NCBI GenBank assembly: GCA_964016885.1
Contig: OZ024740.1
Location: 13,826,001-13,890,000, forward strand
Length of the DNA: 64,000 bases
From: Eledone cirrhosa
Taxonomy: Eukaryota
Direction of reading: 5' to 3'
A program made the position numbers and the translations under genes. Below, piece after piece: positions 53,601 through 64,000 of the stretch (position 1 is the first letter of the stretch; each line of letters opens with the position of its first letter). The notes under the pieces were generated by a model. The model made no database searches. It saw only the letters and a program-made list of their open reading frames with translations, and was not told the origin of the DNA.

Positions 53601-56600
53601 CGTTTTAAATTGTATATTACTGGTATACAGCCGGAGTAAGGCGTTTTAAAACTGAATCACTGGTATACAGCCAAAGATATTTTAAAACCGGGTTTCACTG
53701 GTATACAGCCAGAGTAACGTGTTTTAAAACTGTATCACTGGTATACAGCCAAAGATATTTTAAAACTGTGTATTACAGGTATACAGCCGGAGTAAGTTGT
53801 TTTAAAACTGTGTATTACTGTTATACAGCTAAAGATGTTTTAAAACCGTGTATCACTGGTATACAACCGGAGTAAGGTGTTTTAAAACTGTGTATTACTG
53901 GTATACAGCCGGAGTAAGGTGTTTTAAAACCGTGTATTACTGGTATACAGCCGGAGTAAGGTGTTTTAAAACCGTGTATCACTGGTATACAGCCAAATAT
54001 GTTTTAAAAGCGTGTATCACTGGTATACAGCCGGAGTAAGGTGTTTTAAAACTGTGTATCACTGGTATACAGCCAGAGTACGGTGTTTTAGAACTGTGTA
54101 TCAATGGTATACAGCCAGAGTAAGATGTTTTAAAACCGTGTATCACTGGTATACAGCCAGAGTACGGTGTTTTAGAACTGTGTATCACTGGTATACAGCC
54201 GGAGTAAGGTGTTTTAAAACCGTGTATCACTGGTATACAGCCAGAGTACGGTGTTTTAGAACTGTGTATAACTGGTATACAGCCAGAGTACGGTGTTTTA
54301 GAACTGTGTATCACTGGTATACAGCCGGAGTAAGGTGTTTTAAAACTGTGTATCACTGGTATACAGCCGGAGTAAGGTGTTTTAAAACTGTGTATTACTG
54401 GTATACAGCCGGAGTAAGGTGTTTTAAAAATGTGTATCACTGGTATACAGCCAGAGTAAGGTGTTTTAAAACTGTGTATCACTGGTATACAGCCGGAGTA
54501 AGGTGTTTTAAAACTGTGTATCACTGGTATACAGCCGGAGTAAGGTGTTTTAAAACTGTGTATCACTGGTATACAGCCGGAGTAAGGTGTTTTAAAACTG
54601 TGTATTACAGGTATACAGCCAGAGTACAGTGTTTTAAAACCGTGTATCACTGGTATACAGCCGGAGTAAGATGTTTTAAAACTGTGTATCACTGGTATAC
54701 AGACAGAGTACGGTGTTTTAAAACCGTGTATCACTGGTATACAGCCAGAGTACGGTGTTTTAAAACTGTGTATCACTGGTATACAGCCGGAGTAAGGTGT
54801 TTTAAAACTGTGTATTACAGGTATACAACCGGAGTAAGGTGTTTTAAAACTGTGTATTACTGGTATACAGCCGGAGTAAGGTGTTTTAAAACTGTGTATT
54901 ACTGGTATACAGCCGGAGTAAGGTGTTCTAAAACTGTGTATTACTGGTATACAGCCGGAGTAAGGTGTTTTAAAACTGTGTATTACAGGTATACAGCCGG
55001 AGTAAGGTGTTTTAAAACTGTGTATTTCAGGTATACAGCCGGAGTAAGGTGTTTTAAAACTGTGTATTACTGGTATACAGCCGGAGTAAGGTGTTTTAAA
55101 ACGGTGTATCACTGGTATACAGCCGGAGTAAGGTGTTTTAAAACTGTGTATCACTGGTATACAGCCAGAGTACGGTGTTTTAAAACTGTGTATCACTGGT
55201 ATACAGCCGGAGTAAGGTGTTTTAAAACCGTGTATCACTGGTATACAGCCGGAGTAAGGTGTTTTAAAACTGTGAATTACTGGTATACAGCCTGAGTAAG
55301 GTGTTTTAATACAGCCAGAGTAAGGCGTTTTAAATTGTATATTACTGGTATACAGCCGGAGTAAGGCGTTTTAAAACTGAATCACTGGTATACAGCCAAA
55401 GATATTTTAAAACCGGGTTTCACTGGTATACAGCCAGAGTAACGTGTTTTAAAACTGTATCACTGGTATACAGCCAAAGATATTTTAAAACTGTGTATTA
55501 CAGGTATACAGCCGGAGTAAGTTGTTTTAAAACTGTGTATTACTGTTATACAGCTAAAGATGTTTTAAAACCGTGTATCACTGGTACACAGCCGGATAAG
55601 GTGTTTTAAAACTGTGTATTACTGGTATACAGCTAAAGATGTTTTAAAACCGTGTATCACTGGTATACAACCGGAGTAAGGTGTTTTAAAACTGTGTATC
55701 ACTGGTATACAGCCAGAGTACGGTGTTTTAAAACTGTGTATTACTGGTATACAGCCAGAGTACGGTGTTTTAAAACAGTGTATCACTGGTATACAGCCGG
55801 AGTAAGGTGTTTTAAAACTGTGTATTACTGGTATACAGCCGGAGTAAGGTGTTTTAAAACCGTGTATTACTGGTATACAGCCGGAGTAAGGTGTTTTAAA
55901 ACCGTGTATCACTGGTATACAGCCAAATATGTTTTAAAAGCGTGTATCACTGGTATACAGCCGGAGTAAGGTGTTTTAAAACTGTGTATCACTGGTATAC
56001 AGCCAGAGTACGGTGTTTTAGAACTGTGTATCAATGGTATACAGCCAGAGTAAGATGTTTTAAAACCGTGTATCACTGGTATACAGCCAGAGTACGGTGT
56101 TTTAGAACTGTGTATCACTGGTATACAGCCGGAGTAAGGTGTTTTAAAACCGTGTATCACTGGTATACAGCCAGAGTACGGTGTTTTAGAACTGTGTATA
56201 ACTGGTATACAGCCAGAGTACGGTGTTTTAGAACTGTGTATCACTGGTATACAGCCGGAGTAAGGTGTTTTAAAACTGTGTATCACTGGTATACAGCCGG
56301 AGTAAGGTGTTTTAAAAATGTGTATCACTGGTATACAGCCAGAGTAAGGTGTTTTAAAACTGTGTATCACTGGTATACAGCCGGAGTAAGGTGTTTTAAA
56401 ACTGTGTATCACTGGTATACAGCCGGAGTAAGGTGTTTTAAAACTGTGTATCACTGGTATACAGCCGGAGTAAGGTGTTTTAAAACTGTGTATTACAGGT
56501 ATACAGCCAGAGTACAGTGTTTTAAAACCGTGTATCACTGGTATACAGCCGGAGTAAGATGTTTTAAAACTGTGTATCACTGGTATACAGCCAGAGTACG

Positions 56601-59600
56601 GTGTTTAAAAACCGTGTATCACTGGTATACAGCCAGAGTACGGTGTTTTAAAACTGTGTATCACTGGTATACAGCCGGAGTAAGGTGTTTTAAAACTGTG
56701 TATTACAGGTATACAGCCGGAGTAAGGTGTTTTAAAACTGTGTATTACAGGTATACAGCCAGAGTAAGGTGTTTTAAAACTGTGTATTACTGGCATACAG
56801 CCGGAGTAAGGTGTTTTAAAACTGTGTATCACTGGTATACAGACGGAGTAAGGTGTTTTAAAACCGTGTATCACTGGTATACAGCCGGAGTAAGGTGTTT
56901 TAAAACTGTGTTTCACTGGTATACAGCCGGAGTAAGGTGTTTTAAAACTGTGTATCACTGGTATACAGCCGGAGTAAGGTGTTTTAAAACTGTGTATTAC
57001 AGGTATACAGCCGGAGTAAGGTGTTTTAAAACTGTGTATTACATGTATACAGACGGAGTAAGGTGTTTTAAAACCGTGTATCACTGGTATACAGCCGGAG
57101 TAAGGTGTTTTAAAACTGTGTATTACTGGTATACAGCCGGAGTAAGGTGTTTTAAAACTGTGTATTACAGGTATACAGCCGGAGTAAGGTGTTTTAAAAC
57201 TGTGTATTACTGGTATACAGCCGGAGTAAGGTGTTTTAAAACTGTATATTACTGGTATACAGCCAGAGTACGGTGTTTTGAAACTGTGTATTACAGGTAT
57301 ACAGCCGGAGTAAGGTGTTTTAAAACTGTGTATTACACGTATACAGCCGGAGTAAAATGTTTTAAAACTGTGTATCAATGGTATACAGCCGGAGTAAGGT
57401 GTTTTAAAACTGTGTATTACTGGTATACAGCCGGAGTAAGGTGTTTTAAAACTGTGTTTCACTGGTATACAGCCGGAGTAAGGTGTTTTAAAACTGTGTA
57501 TCACTGGTATACAGCCGGAGTAAGGTGTTTTAAAACTGTGTATTACTGGTATACAGCCGGAGTAAGGTGTTTTAAAACTGTGTATTACAAGTATACAGCC
57601 GGAGTAAGGTGTTTTAAAACCGTGTATCACTGGTATACAGCCGGAGTAAGGTGTTTTAAAACTGTGTATTACTGGTATACAGCCGGAGTAAAATGTTTTA
57701 AAACTGTGTATCACTTGTATACAGCCGGAAAAAGTAGTTTTAAAACTGTGTATTACTGGTATACAGGCGGAGTAAGGTGTTTTAAAACTGTGTATCACTG
57801 GTATACAGCCGGAGTAAGGTGTTTTAAAACTGTGTATCACTGGTATACAGCCGGAGTAAGGTGTTTTAAAACTGTGTATTACTGGTATACAGCCGGAGTA
57901 AGGTGTTTTAAAACTGTGTTTCACTGGTATACAGCCGGAGTAAGGTGTTTTAAAACTGTGTATTACCAGTATACAGCCAGAGTAAGGTGTTTTAAAACTG
58001 TGTATTACATGTATACAGACGGAGTAAGGTGTTTTAAAACCGTGTATCACTGGTATACAGCCGGAGTAAGGTGTTTTAAAACTGTGTATTACAGGTATAC
58101 AGCCGGAGTAAGGTGTTTTAAAACTGTGTATTACTGGTATACAGCCGGAGTAAGGTGTTTTAAAACTGTATATTACTGGTATACAGCCAGAGTACGGTGT
58201 TTTAAAACTGTGTATTACTGGTATACAGCCGGAGTAAGGTGTTTTAAAACTGTGTATCACTGGTATACAGCCGGAGTAAGGTGTTTTAAAACTGTGTATT
58301 ACTGGTATACAGCCGGAGTAAGGTGTTTTAAAACTGTGTATTACTGGTATACAGCCGGAGTAAGGTGTTTTAAAACTGTGTATCACTGGTATACAGCCGG
58401 AGTAAGGTGTTTTAAAACTGTGAATTACAGGTATACAGCCGGAGTAAGGTGTTTTAAAACTGTGTATTACAGGTATACAGCCGGAGTAAGGTGTTTTAAA
58501 ACTGTGTATTACAGGTATACAGCCGGAGTAAGGTGTTTTAAAACTGTGTATCACTGGTATACAGCCAGAGTACGGTGTTTTAAAACTGTGTATTACAGGT
58601 ATACAGCCGGAGTAAGGTGTTTTAAAACTGTGTATTACACGTATACAGCCGGAGTAAAATGTTTTAAAACTGTGTATCACTGGTATACAGCCGGAGTAAG
58701 GTGTTTTAAAACTGTGTATCACTGGTATAAGCCGGAGTAAGGTGTTTTAAAACTGTGTATCACTGGTATACAGCCGGAGTAAGGTGTTTTAAAACTGTCT
58801 ATTACATGTATACAGCCGGAGTAAGGTGTTTTAAAACTGTGTATTACATGTATACAGACGGAGTAAGGTGTTTTAAAACCGTGTATCACTGGTATACAGC
58901 CTGAGTCAGGTGTTTTAAAACTGTGTATTACTGGTATACAGCCGGAGTAAGGTGTTTTAAAACTGTGTATTACACGTATACAGCCGGAGTAAGGTGTTTT
59001 AAAACTGTGTATCACTGGTATACAGCCAGAGTACGGTGTTTTAAAACTGTGTATCACTGGTATACAGCCGGAGTAAGGTGTTTTAAAACTGTGTATTACA
59101 GGTATACAGCCGGAGTAAGGTGTTTTAAAACTGTGTATCACTGGTATACAGCCGGAGTAAGGTGTTTTAAAACTGTGTATTACAGGTATACAGCCGGAGT
59201 AAGGTGTTTTAAAACTGTGTATTACGGTATACAGCCGGAGTAAGGTGTTTTAAAATTGTGTATTACTGGTATACAGCCGGAGTAAGGTGTTTTAAAACTG
59301 TGTATTACAAGTATACAGCCGGAGTAAGGTGTTTTAAAACCGTGCATCACTGGTATACAGCCGGAGTAAGGTGTTTTAAAACTGTGTGTCACTGGTATAC
59401 AGCCGGAGTAAGGTGTTTTAAAACTGTGAATTACAGGTATACAGCCGGAGTAAGGTGTTTTAAAACTGTGTATTACAGGTATACAGCCGGAGTAAGGTGT
59501 TTTAAAACTGTGTATCACTGGTATACAGCCAGAGTACGGTGTTTTAAAACTGTGTATTACAGGTATACAGCCGGAGTAAGGTGTTTTAAAACTGTGTATT

Positions 59601-62600
59601 ACATGTATACAGACGGAGTAATGTGTTTTAAAACCGTGTATAACTGGTATACAGCCGGAGTAAGGTGTTTTAAAACTGTGTATTACTGGTATACAGCCGG
59701 AGTAAGGTGTTTTAAAACTGTGTATTACAGGTATACAGCCGGAGTAAGGTGTTTTAAAACTGTGTATTACTGGTATACAGCCGGAGTAAGGTGTTTTAAA
59801 ACTGTATATTACTGGTATACAGCCAGAGTACGGTGTTTTAAAACTGTGTATTACAGGTATACAGCCGGAGTAAGGTGTTTTAAAACTGTGTATTAAACGT
59901 ATACAGCCGGAGTAAAATGTTTTAAAACTGTGTATCACTGGTATACAGCCGGAGTAAGGTGTTTTAAAACTGTGTATTACTGGTATACAGCCGGAGTAAG
60001 GTGTTTTAAAACTGTGTATTACTGGTATGCAGGCGGAGTAAGGTGTTTTAAAACTGTGTATCACTGGTATACAGCCGGAGTAAGGTGTTTTAAAACTGTG
60101 TATCACTGGTATACAGCCGGAGTAAGGTGTTTTAAAACCGTGTATCACTGGTATACAGCCGGAGTAAGGTGTTTTAAAACTGTGTATTACTGGTATACAG
60201 CCGGAGAATGGTGTTTTAAAACTGTGTATCACTGGTATACAGCCGGAGTAAGGTGTTTTAAAACTGTGTATTACTGGTATACAGCCGGTGTAAGGTGTTT
60301 TAAAAATGTGTATCACTGGTATACAGCCAGAGTAAGGTGTTTTAAAACTGTGTATTACAGGTATACAGCCGGAGTAAAGTGTTTTAAAACTGTGTATCAC
60401 TGGTATACAGCCGGAGTAAGGTGTTTTAAAACCGTGTATCACTGGTATACAGCCGGGGTAAGGTGTTTTAAAACTGTGTATTACTGGTATACAGCCGGAG
60501 TACGGCGTTTTAAAACTGTGTATTACTGGTATACAGCCGGAGTAAGGTGTTTTAAAACTGTGTATTACTGGTATACAGCCGGAGTAAGGTGTTTTAAAAC
60601 TGTGTATTACTGGTATACAGCCGGAGTACGGTGTTTTAAAACTGTGTAACACTGGTACACAGCCGGAGTACGGTGTTTTAAAACTGTGTATTACTGGTAT
60701 ACAGCCGGAGTAAGGTGTTTTAAAACTGTGTATCACTGGTATACAGCCGGAGTAAGGTGTTTTAAAACTGTGTATCACTGGTATACAGCCGGAGTAAGAT
60801 GTTTTAAAACTGTGTATTACAGGTATACAGCCAGAGTACAGTGTTTTAAAACCGTGTATCACTGGTATACAACCGGAGTAAGATGTTTTAAAACTGTGTA
60901 TCACTGGTATACAGCCAGAGTACGGTGTTTTAAAACCGTGTATCACTGGTATACAGCCAGAGTACGGTGTTTTAAAACTGTGTATCACTGGTATACAGCC
61001 GGAGTAAGGTGTTTTAAAACTGTGTATTACAGGTATACAGCCGGAGTAAGGTGTTTTAAAACTGTGTATTACTGGTATACAGCCGGAGTAAGGTGTTTTA
61101 AAACTGTGTATTACTGGTATACAGCCGGAGTAAGGTGTTCTAAAACTGTGTATTACTGGTATACAGCCGGAGTAAGGTGTTTTAAAACTGTGTATTACAG
61201 GTATACAGCCGGAGTAAGGTGTTTTAAAACTGTGTATTTCAGGTATACAGCCGGAGTAAGGTGTTTTAAAACTGTGTATTACTGGTATACAGTCGGAGTA
61301 AGGTGTTTTAAAACTGTGTATTACAGGTATACAGCCGGAGTAAGGTGTTTTAAAACTGTATATCACTGGTATACAGCCGGAGTTAGGTGTTTTAAAACTG
61401 TGCATTACAGGTATACAGCCGGAGTAAGGTGTTTTAAAACTGTGTATCACTGGTATACAGCCGGAGTAAGGTGTTTTAAAACTGTGTATTACTGGTATAC
61501 AGCCGGAGTAAGGTGTTTTAAAACGGTGTATCACTGGTATACAGCCGGAGTAAGGTGTTTTAAAACTGTGTATCACTGGTATACAGCCAGAGTACGGTGT
61601 TTTAAAACTGTGTATCACTGGTATACAGCCGGAGTAAGGTGTTTTAAAACCGTGTATCACTGGTATACAGCCGGAGTAAGGTGTTTTAAAACTGTGAATT
61701 ACTGGTATACAGCCTGAGTAAGGTGTTTTAAAACCGTGTATTACAGGTATACAGCCAGAGTAAGGCGTTTTAAATTGTATATTACTGGTATACAGCCGGA
61801 GTAAGGCGTTTTAAAACTGTATCACTGGTATACAGCCAAAGATATTTTAAAACCGGGTTTCACTGGTATACAGCCAGAGTAAGGTGTTTTAAAACTGTAT
61901 CACTGGTATACAGCCAAAGATATTTTAAAACTGTGTATTACAGGTATACAGCCGGAGTAAGTTGTTTTAAAACTGTGTATTACTGTTATACAGCTAAAGA
62001 TGTTTTAAAACCGTGTATCACTGGTATACAACCGGAGTAAGGTGTTTTAAAACTGTGTATTACTGGTATACAGCCGGAGTAAGGTGATTTAAAACCGTGT
62101 ATTACTGGTATACAGCCGGAGTAAGGTGTTTTAAAACCGTGTATCACTGGTATACAGCCAAATATGTTTTAAAAGCGTGTATCACTGGTATACAGCCGGA
62201 GTAAGGTGTTTTAAAACTGTGTATCACTGGTATACAGCCAGAGTACGGTGTTTTAGAACTGTGTATCAATGGTATACAGCCAGAGTAAGATGTTTTAAAA
62301 CCGTGTATCACTGGTATACAGCCAGAGTACGGTGTTTTAGAACTGTGTATCACTGGTATACAGCCGGAGTAAGGTGTTTTAAAACCGTGTATCACTGGTA
62401 TACAGCCAGAGTACGGTGTTTTAGAACTGTGTATAACTGGTATACAGCCAGAGTACGGTGTTTTAGAACTGTGTATCACTGGTATACAGCCGGAGTAAGG
62501 TGTTTTAAAACTGTGTATCACTGGTATACAGCCGGAGTAAGGTGTTTTAAAACTGTGTATTACTGGTATACAGCCGGAGTAAGGTGTTTTAAAAATGTGT

Positions 62601-64000
62601 ATCACTGGTATACAGCCTGAGTAAGGTGTTTTAAAACTGTGTATCACTGGTATACAGCCGGAGTAAGCTGTTTTAAAACTGTGTATCACTGGTATACAGC
62701 CGGAGTAAGGTGTTTTAAAACTGTGTATCACTGGTATACAGCCGGAGTAAGGTGTTTTAAAACTGTGTATTACAGGTATACAGCCAGAGTACAGTGTTTT
62801 AAAACCGTGTATCACTGGTATACAGCCGGAGTAAGATGTTTTAAAACTGTGTATCACTGGTATACAGCCAGAGTACGGTGTTTTAAAACCGTGTATCACT
62901 GGTATACAGCCAGAGTACGGTGTTTTAAAACTGTGTATCACTGGTATACAGCCGGAGTAAGGTGTTTTAAAACTGTGTATTACAGGTATACAGCCGGAGT
63001 AAGGTGTTTTAAAACTGTGTATTACTGGTATACAGCCGGAGTAAGGTGTTTTAAAACTGTGTATTACTGGTATACAGCCGGAGTAAGGTGTTCTAAAACT
63101 GTGTATTACTGGTATACAGCCGGAGTAAGGTGTTTTAAAACTGTGTATTACAGGTATACAGTCGGAGTAAGGTGTTTTAAAACTGTGTATTTCAGGTATA
63201 CAGCCGGAGTAAGGTGTTTTAAAACTGTGTATTACTGGTATACAGCCGGAGTAAGGTGTTTTAAAACTGTGTATTGCAGGTATACAGCCGGAGTAAGGTG
63301 TTTTAAAACTGTGTATCACTGGTATACAGCCGGAGTTAGGTGTTTTAAAACTGTGCATTACAGGTATACAGCCGGAGTAAGGTGTTTTAAAACTGTGTAT
63401 CACTGGTATACAGCCGGAGTTAGGTGTTTTAAAACTGTGCATTACAGGTATACAGCCGGAGTAAGGTGTTTTAAAACTGTGTATCACTGGTATACAGCCG
63501 GAGTAAGGTGTTTTAAAACTGTGTATTACTGGTATACAGCCGGAGTAAGGTGTTTTAAAACGGTGTATCACTGGTATACAGCCGGAGTAAGGTGTTTTAA
63601 AACTGTGTATCACTGGTATACAGCCAGAGTACGGTGTTTTAAAACTGTGTATCACTGGTATACAGCCGGAGTAAGGTGTTTTAAAACCGTGTATCACTGG
63701 TATACAGCCGGAGTAAGGTGTTTTAAAACTGTGAATTACTGGTATACAGCCTGAGTAAGGTGTTTTAATACAGCCAGAGTAAGGCGTTTTAAATTGTATA
63801 TTACTGGTATACAGCCGGAGTAAGGCGTTTTAAAACTGAATCACTGGTATACAGCCAAAGATATTTTAAAACCGGGTTTCACTGGTATACAGCCAGAGTC
63901 AGGTGTTTTAAAACTGTATCACTGGTATACAGCCAAAGATATTTTAAAACTGTGTATTACAGGTATACAGCCGGAGTAAGTTGTTTTAAAACTGTGTATT
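32622..64000. repeat. 42-bp satellite array, ~750 copies, continuing past the window end
   Basis: Consensus ggtatacagccggagtaaggtgttttaaaactgtgtatcact; recurrent variants define multi-kb duplications. Confidence 0.99.

Noticed and set aside
32622-64000. CRISPR array or giant repeat-protein gene
   Set aside because: Head-to-tail monomers with no unique spacers and no cas genes; ORFs on both strands are broken by indel monomers.
32622-64000. Derivation from C2H2 zinc-finger repeats (IHSFKTPYSGC vs IHTGEKPYxC; 42 is half of 84 bp)
   Set aside because: No CxxC...HxxxH spacing and no alternating dimer structure; the resemblance is superficial.

Overview
Repeat-dense eukaryotic DNA with no convincing host protein-coding gene. 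The tRNA-derived SINE families and the microsatellite load suggest an octopus or other coleoid cephalopod; this is recognition from memory, not a database result. Bases 1-32.6 kb are a mosaic of micro/minisatellites, two SINE families, RTE/CR1/CRE LINE fragments, non-autonomous Helitrons, MITEs, and a frameshifted Penelope-like retroelement (PLE). Bases 32.6-64 kb are one 42-bp satellite array (~750 copies) with multi-kb higher-order duplications. The main signal not shown in the ORF track is a dense set of type I hammerhead ribozyme (HHR) motifs, about a dozen complete or half motifs, mostly within (TA)n tracts. They include: (i) a non-coding 989-bp partial tandem repeat with one HHR per unit, which is retrozyme-like and predicts a ~989-nt self-excising RNA; (ii) several ~200-bp fold-back elements whose symmetry centre lies in or beside HHR helix II; (iii) an HHR 3' half located exactly at the start of the 42-bp satellite, whose helix II is formed partly by the first monomer. 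All folds were checked by eye, not computed.
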